Positions 27,769 to 38,800 of a stretch of 64,000 nt of DNA are shown in pieces. This DNA comes from an uncultured Acidobacteriota bacterium (GTDB lineage: Bacteria > Acidobacteriota > Terriglobia > Acidiferrales > UBA7541). The position numbers were made by a program, and so were the translations under genes. Position 1 is the first letter of the stretch. Each line of letters opens with the position of its first letter. The notes beneath the pieces are model-generated. The model made no database searches. It was not told the DNA's origin and was given only the letters and a program-made list of their open reading frames with translations. The stretch covers positions 395,075 to 459,074 of the forward strand of contig CAVZYH010000004.1 in the NCBI GenBank assembly GCA_963779465.1. The letters run 5' to 3'.

Positions 27769-28488
27769 ATGAAGCTACTTACAGCCGTGATCGCTGGCCT
27801 GTTATGTGCGGCGACACCGGCGCTGGCGCAAGCACCCGCGTCCAGCACACCACCAACGCTTGCGCCGCACGCCACTCCGGGACAGGCGGCTCCCGCAAAG
27901 CCGGCGGCCCAAGCACCGTCCGCGCAAACTCCACCCGCGCCGGCCGAAAAAATAGATCCCGCAAAAGACGCTGCCATCCGCCGCTTGATGGACATTACCG
28001 AAACCTCAAAAATGGGCGAAAACATCGCGAACTACATAACCGGCAAGGTGCACGACGGCGCCAGCCACGCGATTCCCGCGGACCAGTTTTCGAAATTCAT
28101 GGACACGTTCTCGCAGAAATTTTCATCCGGCCTCCCTCCCACCGCCGTCAATGACGCGATCGTAGCCGTATACGCCAAGCACTTTTCTCTGGAAGACATT
28201 CAGGCATTGACCAAATTCTACGAATCGCCCATCGGCCAGCGCCTCGTGAAGGAAATGCCAGAAGTGAATCAGCAGATGGCCGTCGCCGGTCAGCAGATTG
28301 AGAATACTGCCGCGATCGCGGCGTTGCGCAGTATGGCCGACGACTATCCGCAATTGAAGCAGATGCTGCCGCCGGATAGCTCCGCGCCAGCGCCGTCAAG
28401 TGCTCCGGCTCCGGCCGCACCAGCTCCGGCAGCCAAGTCCACTACGCCTCCGCCTTCCACTCTGAAACCGGCTGCGCCCGAAAAGTAG
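27769..28488 (+). CDS. Secreted DUF2059-like protein with Pro/Ala-rich termini
   Basis: Signal peptide MKLLTAVIAGLLCAATPALAQA. Core ...LEDIQALTKFYESPIGQRLVKEMPEV... matches my memory of DUF2059. GGAG lies 7 nt before the ATG. Confidence 0.75.
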   Translation: MKLLTAVIAGLLCAATPALAQAPASSTPPTLAPHATPGQAAPAKPAAQAPSAQTPPAPAEKIDPAKDAAIRRLMDITETSKMGENIANYITGKVHDGASHAIPADQFSKFMDTFSQKFSSGLPPTAVNDAIVAVYAKHFSLEDIQALTKFYESPIGQRLVKEMPEVNQQMAVAGQQIENTAAIAALRSMADDYPQLKQMLPPDSSAPAPSSAPAPAAPAPAAKSTTPPPSTLKPAAPEK

Positions 28489-28521
28489 ATTCGTGGCGCC
28501 ATGTAACGCAGGAGAGTTGCG

Positions 28522-29367
28522 ATGTCCGTGCCAGAAAGAACCAGATCCACCGGGAGGAGGCTCGGCGTTGCGAGCCTCCTTTTCTTATTTGCAGTGGGAG
28601 CGGCGGGAAGTTTCACGCTGGGTGCTGCGCCGCAGCGATCCGAATCCATCACCGTGTCTGCCGCCATCAGCCTTAAAGACGCGCTGGACGAACTTGGTCC
28701 GATTTTCCAGGTGCAGCAGCATCGCAAGAACGGCGGCAACGGCACGGCCGTCACCTATAACTACGGCGGCTCCGGAACGCTCGCGCGTCAAATCGAGCAA
28801 GGCGCTCCCGTGGACGTATTTTTCTCCGCCGCCGAAAAACAAATGGACGAACTGGCGGCGCAAGACTTGATCGTCGCAGATACGCGCTACGATCTCGTAG
28901 GCAACGCTCTGGTATTGATCGCCCCGGTGCAATCCACGGCTCTGCACAATTTTCAGGACCTCACCGGCTCGGTTGTGAAGACGATCGCGCTGGGAGAGAC
29001 CAGCACGGTCCCGGCCGGAATGTACGCGCGGCAGACGCTGGAACACCTCGGCCTGTTCGCCGCGCTCGAAAAGAAAGTTGTCTACGCGAAGGATGTTCGC
29101 GCCGTGCTCACCTATGTGGAAACGGGCAACGCCGATGCCGGCCTGGTCTATCAAACCGACGCGAACACGTCGCCAAAAGTACGCGTCGTCGCAATCGCTC
29201 CCGCTGATTCCCACGATCCGATTCTGTATCCCGCTGCAGTGTTGCGCGATTCAAAAAATAAGCCCGCGGCGCGCGCCTTCGTGGATTTCCTGCAAGGACC
29301 CGACGCCCGCGCCGTCTTTCAGAAATACGGCTTCACCTCCTCCGAAAAATCAGCCGTAAAGAACTGA
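28522..29367 (+). CDS. modA: Molybdate ABC transporter substrate-binding protein
   Basis: YNYGGSGTLARQIEQGAPVDVFFSAA and ...GNADAGLVYQTDA motifs. Followed by modB and modC. Confidence 0.9.
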   Translation: MSVPERTRSTGRRLGVASLLFLFAVGAAGSFTLGAAPQRSESITVSAAISLKDALDELGPIFQVQQHRKNGGNGTAVTYNYGGSGTLARQIEQGAPVDVFFSAAEKQMDELAAQDLIVADTRYDLVGNALVLIAPVQSTALHNFQDLTGSVVKTIALGETSTVPAGMYARQTLEHLGLFAALEKKVVYAKDVRAVLTYVETGNADAGLVYQTDANTSPKVRVVAIAPADSHDPILYPAAVLRDSKNKPAARAFVDFLQGPDARAVFQKYGFTSSEKSAVKN

Positions 29368-29388
29368 TCCAGCTACAATCCTCTCGCG

Positions 29389-30069
29389 ATGGATTGGTCT
29401 CCTCTGTTGATCTCGCTGGCAACCAGCCTGGCCGCGACGGCCATTACGCTGCTGGCAGGACTGGCCGCCGCAGCCTGGCGCCAGAATCGCGCCGGTGCTG
29501 GTGCTGCGCTCATTGACGGAATTTTTATTCTTCCTTTGGTGCTCCCTCCGACTGTCGTAGGATTGCTTCTGTTGCTACTATTTGGCCGCAACGGCCCGCT
29601 CGGCAAGTTGTTGCTGCAGTTCGGCGCCAGCGTTGTGTTTTCCTGGCCCGCCACGGTGATCGCCGCCACCGTCGTAGCTTTCCCGCTGATGTACATCACC
29701 GCGCGCGCCGCCCTCGAACAAGTGGACCCGTACCTGCTGCAAGCCGCCCGAACTCTCGGCGCATCCGAAGCCCGCATTTTTCGCGAAGTAGCGCTGCCGC
29801 TAGCGTGGCCCGGCGTGCTCGCCGGCACGATTCTATCTTTCGCCCGCGCCCTGGGTGAATTCGGCGCCACTCTTATGCTCGCCGGAAATATTCCAGGAAA
29901 AACCGAAACCATCCCCATCGCAATTTATTTCGCCGTGGAAGCCAACGAAATCCAGCGCGCCATGGCTTGGTGTGCCGTGGATGTAGGCATCTCCATCGTT
30001 CTGCTAGGCGGCCTTTACTACTGGACGCACGCGCAACGCTTGCGTCGCGAGCGTTGGGGGCAACACTGA
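29389..30069 (+). CDS. modB: Molybdate ABC transporter permease
   Basis: EAA-loop region AARTLGASEARIFREVALP and ALGEFGATLMLAGNIPGKT, typical of ModB/CysTW. Confidence 0.9.
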   Translation: MDWSPLLISLATSLAATAITLLAGLAAAAWRQNRAGAGAALIDGIFILPLVLPPTVVGLLLLLLFGRNGPLGKLLLQFGASVVFSWPATVIAATVVAFPLMYITARAALEQVDPYLLQAARTLGASEARIFREVALPLAWPGVLAGTILSFARALGEFGATLMLAGNIPGKTETIPIAIYFAVEANEIQRAMAWCAVDVGISIVLLGGLYYWTHAQRLRRERWGQH

Positions 30070-30070
30070 C

Positions 30071-31156
30071 GTGACTCTTGAAGTCCAAATCGAAAAACAG
30101 CTGGCGGATTTCACGCTAGACGTCGCCTTCCGCGCCACCGAAACCCCGCTGAGCATTCTCGGCGCATCCGGCGCGGGAAAATCCATGCTGTTGCGCTGCA
30201 TCGCCGGCCTTGAACGCCCCAGTCGCGGACGCATCACGTTAAACGATCGCTCCCTCTTCGATTCGGCTCAGCGCATCGGAATTCCCGCACGCGAACGCCG
30301 CATCGGCATGCTCTTTCAGCATTACGCACTGTTCCCGCATCGCACTGTCGCGCAAAATATCGCATTCGGCTTGCATGATTTGCCGCGCGACGAGCAATCC
30401 GCACGCACCGCCGCATTGGTTTCGCGCACTCACCTCGCAGGGCTCGAACTACGTTACCCGCGCGAATTATCCGGCGGCGAACAACAGCGCACCGCGCTCG
30501 CCCGCGCCCTTGCGATTCACCCGGAGGCGCTGCTCCTCGATGAGCCGCTCTCAGCTCTGGATACGCATCTCCGCGGGCAAGTGGAAGCTCAGCTCCAGGA
30601 AACATTCGCTACGTTCCGCCGCCCCGCACTTCTCGTAACCCACAACATGGAGGAAGCCTATCGCCTCGGCGAACAATTGCTCGTGCTGACCCGCGGCCGC
30701 GTCGCCGCATTCGGCCCGAAAGAAGATATTTTCCGCCGCCCCCCAACTTCCGAAGTTGCGCGCCTCACAGGCTGCAAAAATATTTCGCGTGCGCAGACGA
30801 ATCCAGACGGCACGCTGCGAGCTCTCGATTGGAATTGCCAGCTGCGCCTCGCGCACCCGCCGGCCGCAGCCACGAGATACGTCGGAATCCGCGCGCACCA
30901 CATTGATTTTCTGGAAATCAACGCCGAATCAACAACAGAACCAAACATCTTCCCCTGCTGGATCGTCCGCGCTTCGGAAACGCCGTTCCGCATCACGCTA
31001 TTCCTGAGCCTGGATCCCGCGCGCGCCGAAGAAGGAGAAGCTCACCTGCAAGCGGAGGTATTCAAAGAAAAATGGGAACGTTTCCGCGACCGGCCGCAAT
31101 CACAACCCTGGCGCGTGAGTCTGGCTCCGGAGTCGCTCTTCGCCATGCCGGACTAA
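30071..31156 (+). CDS. modC: Molybdate ABC transporter ATP-binding protein with C-terminal TOBE-like domain
   Basis: Walker A GASGAGKS, LSGGEQQR, LLLDEPLSALD. About 120-aa C-terminal extension. Confidence 0.9.
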   Translation: MTLEVQIEKQLADFTLDVAFRATETPLSILGASGAGKSMLLRCIAGLERPSRGRITLNDRSLFDSAQRIGIPARERRIGMLFQHYALFPHRTVAQNIAFGLHDLPRDEQSARTAALVSRTHLAGLELRYPRELSGGEQQRTALARALAIHPEALLLDEPLSALDTHLRGQVEAQLQETFATFRRPALLVTHNMEEAYRLGEQLLVLTRGRVAAFGPKEDIFRRPPTSEVARLTGCKNISRAQTNPDGTLRALDWNCQLRLAHPPAAATRYVGIRAHHIDFLEINAESTTEPNIFPCWIVRASETPFRITLFLSLDPARAEEGEAHLQAEVFKEKWERFRDRPQSQPWRVSLAPESLFAMPD

Positions 31157-31166
31157 ACCACAATCC

Positions 31167-34100
31167 TCAGTGGAAGTGCTTGACGAACTTGACGTCCAGG
31201 CCGTACGTCCCGTTAATATCGCGCAAAAACACAATCGAAAGATCGCGCTTCACGTGGTATTCCACCTGAATCAGCTGTTCCTGGTCAGACGCCGCATTGG
31301 AAGAATAGGTAACAGTAAGATCCCGCGTAATCTGCTGCTCAATCGTAACCCGCGCTGAAGCGTTCGATTCCGTAGCCGTCCCCGCCAGAAAAGGATCAAT
31401 CCGAAAATGGCTGATCCCAAAAAGATGCTCGATGCGTCCGCCCACGCCACTCGAAACCGCCTCAGAAAGCAGAGCAGTGGCCCCATAGTTCGATCCCGCC
31501 GCGGTAGAACGCAGCGCGCTCTCCTGCCCGGTGCTCCCCAGCGCCAGCAAAGCAATAATGTCCGTATCCGGCAAAGGCGGATCCGAGCGATAACTCAAAG
31601 AAAGCTTGCTCGCCCGCCCGGAAAAATTGATCGTCACCAGGTACTGGCTGATCGTCGAAGTCGCTTCTATATTCAGTTCCGGATCCAGCTGAAACGGATT
31701 GGCAAAATTCACATCTCCGCGCGTCAGCGTGAAAGTATTTCCACGAAACGACATTTCGCCGCCCAGCAAGTGAATGTGCCCCAGCAAAATCGGCCGGTCC
31801 CACGTCCCGCGCAAATGCAAATCGCTGTCAATTTCCACCTGCGCGCCGGTCCATTCAACGCGCGCCCCAGGACTGGTATGCGCCGCCACGTCAAACGTAA
31901 GATTTCGCATGAACTCCGAAGACGCAGCCCCCGCCGCGGAAGTATCCGGCGACGCGCCAAAAAACGAAGTAATGTCCGCGCCCGGCGCAAACAGTAAGCG
32001 CTTGAGCTCCACGTTTCCGCTCAGCACCGCGCGCTCCGTCGTCCCCACCAGCTGCAGCGTGCCGCCCGTCAACCAACTCATTCCCGCCGGATAACGAACG
32101 CGCACCTGCGGCGTCCGCGCATAAATTTCGTACCGCACAGGACCTTCGTCGCCGTACGTCACGCTGCCGTTCAAAGTCAGCTGCCCGCCGCCGGAGTCCG
32201 CAGTGACGTTTTCAAAAAGCAGCCGGCTGCGATCGAAAACCAGATCCCCGTTCAAATGGCTCAATCCCACGGGAAAATCGGAGTAGTTCGCCGAAGCATC
32301 GCGCACGGTGGTTCGCCCCGTGATGCGCGGCTTGGACATCGTGCCCTCCACCGCCACGTTGACGTTCGCTTCCCCCGTCGCGTGCAGGTCCGGCATCACT
32401 CCTTTCAGCAACGCCAGATTCACCGCCCCCGTCACCGTCACGTGTACCGGCCGTTCGCGGTCAAACCGCGCCGACCCGCTGATCTGAAAATTCGAATCCG
32501 GCCCGCGCAAATGCGCCTGCGTGATGCGCACCTCGTTCCGGTGATAAGTGAATTGTAGCGGCCCATCGTTCTGCAACGAAACGAACAAATAGTTCAAAGA
32601 GATCTGCGAAATGTCCGCATTCACTTCGATCGAATCCGGTTTGCGCAGCGCGCCCGCCAGCGTGAAATTTCCGTCCACCACGCTGTGTCCCGTCAGGTTC
32701 TTCAGATGCAAACCCGCCGTAAGCAGCGGATCCAGATCGAATTGCATAACCGAAAGTTTCCCGGAAATATCCTCGTCGCCCGATAATCCCACGCTGAGTT
32801 CGCCCCGCAATTGTCCATGCGAGCCCTGCGAATCCAACGCCACGCGAACACGCTGCCCGTCCGAATCCAGCTGCCCGTGGAAGTCGCCTTCCTCATCCGT
32901 GCCGATTTTCAAGCCGAGCACGTGAAAATCGCCCTTCCCCGCGGGCGAGCGCGCCGGCCCGCCGCCGCGCAACGCAAAATCCAGCCGTCCTGCAAGTCCC
33001 CAAGCGGAATTTTGCAGCGCCTGAATCTTATCCAGCTGAATCCCCGCGCCGGTCAGGTTGAATTCGATATTTTCTTCATGGGGACGATAAAGAATCTCCC
33101 CCGCCACGCGCCCCGTATCGCGCCGCAACTCCGCGCGCGAAAGCCTTACCTCGTCGTGCGCGAAATGCAATTCTCCGCCCAGCCGGTCGAAATGCAATCC
33201 TTTGGTTTGAATTTCCTCGAAATTGAAATTTCCATCCAGCACTGGCTCCGCGCTCGTCCCGCTGCCGTTTAAAGTCGCCGAAATCGCCGCAGTGAATGGA
33301 TAACTTGTACCCAGCATCGCCTGCACATCGTCACTCGGCGCGTGCTCCGTCTGCACCGCCAGCGACCACGCGCTCTGCGGAACAAAACTCCAGTCGCCAT
33401 CCAGCTGTATCGCAAGATCCAAGTTGAACGAGGCCTGCCCTCGTCGCACCACCGCCTTGCTCAGCTTGAAATCATCCAGCGAATAATCCAGGTCGCCGTA
33501 AATCTCATCCCATTGATAGGTATCGTAATGCGCGTCGGCCGCGCGAATGTGCCCGGAAAAAGTTGGCCCGGCGATGGGCCCCAGAATGCGCCCACGAAAC
33601 TTGACGCTGCCGGCAATGCGCGTGGGCACCGCATCGACGCCGCGCAGCCGGTTAATGAAGTCGTCCCACTCCACCAGGTTCTGTGCTTCCAGTTTCAATT
33701 CCAGCGTGGTATCGAACCCGTTGAGCGCTCCGCTGAATTCGATTTGTGTATTCGGCGTGGTGATTTCGCTGCCGCTGAGCGCAAAATTTTCAGAGTCTTC
33801 CGAGTAGTCGTAAAAAATGCGCGCCGTCACAGGAATCATTGCCGGCGTAAGCACCGCCGGCGGCGACCAGCGCGATTCGCCCTTGGTAGTAAAATGTTTG
33901 AAATTAGCCGTCCAGGTATTGTACGAATCTACGTCAATGCCGCCGTCCCAATGCAGCGTGTCAATCGGGAAATCCGGGTTATTCACCGCATGAATGGCTT
34001 CCGCCAGACTAGCGTGATGAAAATGCGTTTGCGTCCGGAATGCCAGAGTCGGCAAATCCATTTCCAGATGGCCGTCGAGCGACCCTTCCAGCGCGCGAAT

Positions 34101-35105
34101 CGCCAGATTTTCCACCACCAGCTTTTTTTTCGCGATCGTGTAATTCCCGGTCGTCTCTATATTCGTCGCATGAAACCACTCGTACGGCATTTTCACATCG
34201 TGGCCGTCAAAATGGCCGCTGCCGGTCCAATCACCTGCAGCGTAGCGAGCCTCGCCCGAAAAATCGGCAATCAGGTCCGGAGTGAGCGGCTCGCGAAATA
34301 TGTTCCGGATGTCTTCCAGGGACAGGCGGCCCCGATAATGCATATTCCATTCCGCGCGGGCGAAACTGGGCAGCTCGGCGCGCAGATTCAGCTCGGAGTG
34401 CAGCGTCTTCCAAACCAGCTGGTCCAACTCAAACGAATCTGAGTGCAATTCGAATTTCGTGGAAAGATCGAAACGCAAGGGCACGTCCCGCTGCAAATCC
34501 AATTGCACTTGGTTCCAGCTCAGGCTCCCGGCGTATGCTCCGTTGCCCTCCACCGGCACCACGTATTGCAATAGAAACGACAGATTCTGCCCCTTGATCT
34601 CCAGGGGAATCTTGCGATCGTTGATGTTCGCGCCGCCATTGCGCAGTTCCACCTTGCCGATGCGCAGATTGAACAGTGTTTCCTGCCACGGACCCGCGCC
34701 TGGCGGAATTTTCGGGCTGGGCAGATTGCTCGTGCCGTTTTTTTCAAAGCGCACGTTCAGTTGGGGACGATCCACCAGCAGTTCGTCTATCTTGAATTCC
34801 CGGCGCAGAAACGAAAGCACGGTGATGCCCACTTGCAACCGGTCCGCATGAAATAGCGGGGCCTCGGAAGTACCCTCCCCGCCGTGCAGCGTCAGGTTAT
34901 CCAGTTCCGCGCGCAGGCGCCACGCATGCAAATGAAATCCGCCTAGTTCCACGCGCGCGCCTGTCCGAATCTCCAGCTGTTGCACCAGCGAATTACGCAG
35001 CCAACGCTCCGCGATTCCCAGCTCGAAAATGCAAAACACGATCGCGGCTGCGGCGCCGAACCACAGCACCACCGCTGCCAGCCCATGTGGCCAGCGCACC
35101 TTCAT
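31167..35105 (-). CDS. tamB: Translocation and assembly module protein TamB (DUF490 C-terminus)
   Basis: 1312 aa with an N-terminal TM anchor and a long beta-rich body. C-terminal ...RVTIEQQITRDLTVTYSSN...QVEYHVKRDLSIVFLRDINGTYGLDVKF. ATGA overlap with the upstream chaperone gene. Confidence 0.85.
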   Translation of the reverse strand: MKVRWPHGLAAVVLWFGAAAAIVFCIFELGIAERWLRNSLVQQLEIRTGARVELGGFHLHAWRLRAELDNLTLHGGEGTSEAPLFHADRLQVGITVLSFLRREFKIDELLVDRPQLNVRFEKNGTSNLPSPKIPPGAGPWQETLFNLRIGKVELRNGGANINDRKIPLEIKGQNLSFLLQYVVPVEGNGAYAGSLSWNQVQLDLQRDVPLRFDLSTKFELHSDSFELDQLVWKTLHSELNLRAELPSFARAEWNMHYRGRLSLEDIRNIFREPLTPDLIADFSGEARYAAGDWTGSGHFDGHDVKMPYEWFHATNIETTGNYTIAKKKLVVENLAIRALEGSLDGHLEMDLPTLAFRTQTHFHHASLAEAIHAVNNPDFPIDTLHWDGGIDVDSYNTWTANFKHFTTKGESRWSPPAVLTPAMIPVTARIFYDYSEDSENFALSGSEITTPNTQIEFSGALNGFDTTLELKLEAQNLVEWDDFINRLRGVDAVPTRIAGSVKFRGRILGPIAGPTFSGHIRAADAHYDTYQWDEIYGDLDYSLDDFKLSKAVVRRGQASFNLDLAIQLDGDWSFVPQSAWSLAVQTEHAPSDDVQAMLGTSYPFTAAISATLNGSGTSAEPVLDGNFNFEEIQTKGLHFDRLGGELHFAHDEVRLSRAELRRDTGRVAGEILYRPHEENIEFNLTGAGIQLDKIQALQNSAWGLAGRLDFALRGGGPARSPAGKGDFHVLGLKIGTDEEGDFHGQLDSDGQRVRVALDSQGSHGQLRGELSVGLSGDEDISGKLSVMQFDLDPLLTAGLHLKNLTGHSVVDGNFTLAGALRKPDSIEVNADISQISLNYLFVSLQNDGPLQFTYHRNEVRITQAHLRGPDSNFQISGSARFDRERPVHVTVTGAVNLALLKGVMPDLHATGEANVNVAVEGTMSKPRITGRTTVRDASANYSDFPVGLSHLNGDLVFDRSRLLFENVTADSGGGQLTLNGSVTYGDEGPVRYEIYARTPQVRVRYPAGMSWLTGGTLQLVGTTERAVLSGNVELKRLLFAPGADITSFFGASPDTSAAGAASSEFMRNLTFDVAAHTSPGARVEWTGAQVEIDSDLHLRGTWDRPILLGHIHLLGGEMSFRGNTFTLTRGDVNFANPFQLDPELNIEATSTISQYLVTINFSGRASKLSLSYRSDPPLPDTDIIALLALGSTGQESALRSTAAGSNYGATALLSEAVSSGVGGRIEHLFGISHFRIDPFLAGTATESNASARVTIEQQITRDLTVTYSSNAASDQEQLIQVEYHVKRDLSIVFLRDINGTYGLDVKFVKHFH

Positions 35106-35818
35106 GAGCCGCTCCCGTGCGACACAATGTCAATCTTCAAGCGATCTCGCGATTCGCTCAGCCATCTCGCGGCGCGATCGCTGATCTCGCGCTGGATCAG
35201 CACTTCGCGGATGGTGTCTTCCACGTCGTCCAATGGCGGCACCGCCTCGTCGCGCGCTTTCAATTGCGGCGCAAATTCATCTTGGTAGTAAGTCTCCACC
35301 TGCTCGTCGCTTACCTGCGCTTCCGGACGGAAACGGTAGTCAATGAACCGCGAAAGATATAACTGTTGGGTCACCATTCGCCGCACCGCCGCTTCCGTCA
35401 ATCCCGCGCTGGCGCAGCGCTTCTGAAAATCCTCCGGTGGTGGAAACTGTTTCACGAATTCCGCGTAGGCGCGATCCACGTCTGCCGCAGGCGGCTGCGC
35501 GTACTTCGTCGCGGTCGCCTCGCTGCGGATCAACCATTGATCGCTGAGCTCGCGAATCAATTCCATGCGTGGCTTCGATTTTCCGTCCACCAGCATCTGA
35601 AACGCGCTGAGTTCACGCACTTCGCTCTCGGTGATGATGTCGTCCTCGATGCGCGCCGCGACGCCATCCACCTCCTGCGTGCCGGAAGCCCCTGACGTTC
35701 CCGCGGCACGCGACTCCGCCGGCGTTTCCGAATAAGTGCTGCTCTGCGCGCCGGCGCGGTTTGTCGCGGATCCCAGCAGCCACGCCACCAAACCAAAAAT
35801 GAAAATCGCGCGTCGCAT
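35102..35818 (-). CDS. SurA-N-terminal-domain-like periplasmic chaperone (no PPIase domain)
   Basis: Signal peptide, then VDGVAARIEDDIITESEV (SurA_N-type start). C-terminal ...IREVLIQREISDRAARWLSESRDRLKIDI. Start overlaps the Omp85 stop (TGATG). Confidence 0.65.
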   Translation of the reverse strand: MRRAIFIFGLVAWLLGSATNRAGAQSSTYSETPAESRAAGTSGASGTQEVDGVAARIEDDIITESEVRELSAFQMLVDGKSKPRMELIRELSDQWLIRSEATATKYAQPPAADVDRAYAEFVKQFPPPEDFQKRCASAGLTEAAVRRMVTQQLYLSRFIDYRFRPEAQVSDEQVETYYQDEFAPQLKARDEAVPPLDDVEDTIREVLIQREISDRAARWLSESRDRLKIDIVSHGSGS

Positions 35819-38800
35819 CAGAACACCGGCCCGATGTTGAAGGAAAATCCAAAATGAGACACGCGATACATTTGTGTCGGTGGCACCGTCGGAGGCTGCG
35901 GCGTCACCGAATATTCCGCCGGATTCAGCAGGTAGCCAAAATCCACCCGCACCGGGCCAATGGGCGTCGCATAGCGCACGCCAAATCCAATCGTGTTCGA
36001 AAAATAATTCAGAACCGTCGGCGAACTGGACTTCCAGGCCAGGGTGATGTGGTCCACGTCGCTATACACGTTTCCGCCGTCGTAGAACACCGTGCCGCCC
36101 AGCCGGTTACCGATGATCGGAAGCCTCATCGGAAAGCGCAATTCCTGGTTGAATATCAGCACCGCCAGGCCGCCGATCGGGAAACCGGTGCACGGGTCGC
36201 GCGGGCCGGCCTCGTTCAGGCTGAAGCCGCGCAATGATTGCGAGCCGCCCGAAAAAAATCGTTCCGGCAGCGGAATGATCTGCCCCGTCGTCGTGGCGTC
36301 GGCGCAATTCGTGGGCGCGTTCCCGGTGGTTGTTCCGGTGGGTACTTCCACGCCGAACCGCGTCGAACGCGCGAACACAAAGGCGCGGCCAAACGGATGG
36401 TAGGAAGAGTTCTGCACGAATGCCCGGAAAAAACTCGCGCTTGAGCCCAGTGCTGTCGCTGCGTAGCTGAAGTCCGCGGTGTTGAAGCTTCCCGATTTTG
36501 GGTCGGCGGGATTATCCCGCCGGTCGCGCGAATATGTAATGCCAATGCCGGACACCAGCGTCGGCTGGCTGTACAGCGGTATCTGGTCCTCGGAAATCGT
36601 TCCGTTCAGGTTGGTGGCAACCACGCGCCGGAAAAAATAGCGGTACTGCAGCGAACTTGATGGCGAAAGTTTCTCCGAGAGTTGAAGCTGCGCTTCGTAA
36701 CGGATGGACGTGAAAGTCGCCACATCCAGCGTCTTATCCGCAAATACCGTCAGCGCCGCACTCAGCGCCTTCTTCGCTAGAAAATTGTCCGCCGTGTACG
36801 ATGCCAAAGCACGATATTGCAGCGTGCTGGCCCGCACCTTAAACGTCAGAGTCTGCGCCCGGCCGAACATATTCGCGCGCGAAATTTCGAAAATGCCGCG
36901 AGGGCTTGCCGCGATCTGTGTACTATTCGGATTGCAAGGAGGCGAATTCGGCGGCGGTGCGCTCGGGCAAGGGTTGCCGATCTTCAGAACCTCGAATCCG
37001 AATCCGTACCCGATGGTGTAGCGTCCGCCTTCCCGCACATCCACCACCATCACCTTTTTCGGATCGCTCCCCAACGGATTTTGCGGCGCGATCTGCACCC
37101 GCGTGAAAACTCCCAGGTTGTAAAGTTGCCGCTGCGTTTCCACCACGTCGCCTTCGCGCAGAGGTCCATTCGGCTGAATCACCACTTGCCGCGCGATAAT
37201 TCCCGGCCGCGTGTATTGATAACCGGTGAGCAGCACCTTAGACACCTCAATGCGCGTGCCCTCGGTGATCTGGTACGTCAGCTTCACCCGGTACGGAGCG
37301 CTCCCCGGCACAGACGTATCGTCAAAACGCGCCTCTGGAAATCCATCGTTGTAGTACATCGCCAGAATATTATTGCGGTCGCTCGCCACCGCTGCCGCGG
37401 AATACGGCTGCCCCGGAGAAGATCCCACCGCGTTCAGCACCGCATCCTTGCTCATCGCGTGCACGCCATCTATCTGCAATGCCTCGACCAGCGTCTGCGG
37501 CCCTTCCACGATTTGGAATGAAACGAACAGGTCGCCCTTCTTGTCTTTGTAATTCGTGTCAACGCTGGAAGTGACCTTCGCATCCAGAAAGCCGTTGGAA
37601 AGATACAGCCCGCGAATCGAATCCACGTCGTCGCGCACCAGCGTCTGGCTGAATCTCCCGCTTGAAGCAAACGATGCCGGCTGCAGCGACAATCGTCCCT
37701 CCAGCAACTCCTTGCCAAAATATTTGTTACCGCCAAACGAAATGCCCACCAATCGAGATCGGTCGCCGCGGGTAACTTCATAGCTGATCAGCCGCACGCC
37801 CGCTCTAGGATCGTCCCGAGAACTCACCTGCACGTCCGCGTCGAAATAACCTTGCCGCTGAAAATAATCCCGGATGTTGCGCCGCCCTTCCTGCAACAAA
37901 TCCTCGTCCACCGCGCCTTCCGCATAAATCGGCAGCAGTTGCCGCAGTTTTCCCTGACTGAGACGCGCGCCGCCTACCGCCACGCTCACTCGCGGGCCGG
38001 TGGTTACCTCGTACTTCAATGCCACCAGATTGCTAGTCGCGTCGTAGTTGCCGGCGGTGATCAGAATTCCCGCGCCCAGGTACCCTTGGTTCACCAGATA
38101 CTTTTTCAATCGCTGCGAAGCGCGCGTCACCCGCGCCGATGTAAACGGTTTATTCAGCTTGATTTTCGATCGGCCGATCAGCTCCGCATCCGGGTAAGGC
38201 GTCTGGTTCTTCACCACAACACTTCCCACCACCGCGCGCGGCCCCGGCTGCACCGTGATGATCACATCCATTTGGCGCGTCGCCTCGTGCGGCGTGAGGC
38301 TCCATTTCACATCGGCTTCATAAAGTCCTTCGCTGCTCAGGGTATCCTTCAATCGGGCAAGCGCCTCGCGCAGCGAACTCTCGCGAAACGGTTCTCCCAG
38401 TGTCAGTCGCATCGACGCCAGCGCGGCCGCTTCCGTCGGCGGCTCTTTCAGACCCTCCACTCGGACCACGTTGTTGTAGAAATTTCGCTGCACCACAAAT
38501 TCCACGCGCACGCCGTCCGCCGCCGCCGAGGTCGTCACGCGGATGTCCGCGAAATCGCCTGTGCGGTAGAGCACGCGCAGACTTTCGCGTTCCGTCCCAA
38601 AATCAAATGGCTTGCCGATTTCCAGCGGGAGGGGAGTAGCCGGGCCCGGCACCGGTTTTCCGGTGTCATCTACAATGCGGATTTCAGCGACGTTTTGCCC
38701 TTCGATCTGCGCTTCCTGCGCGCGCAGCGATGTACCGGCAAGGAGGCTGCACAGCAGCGCTCCGAGACTCAAAATCGTTCCCCAAGTCCCGGACCGCTGA

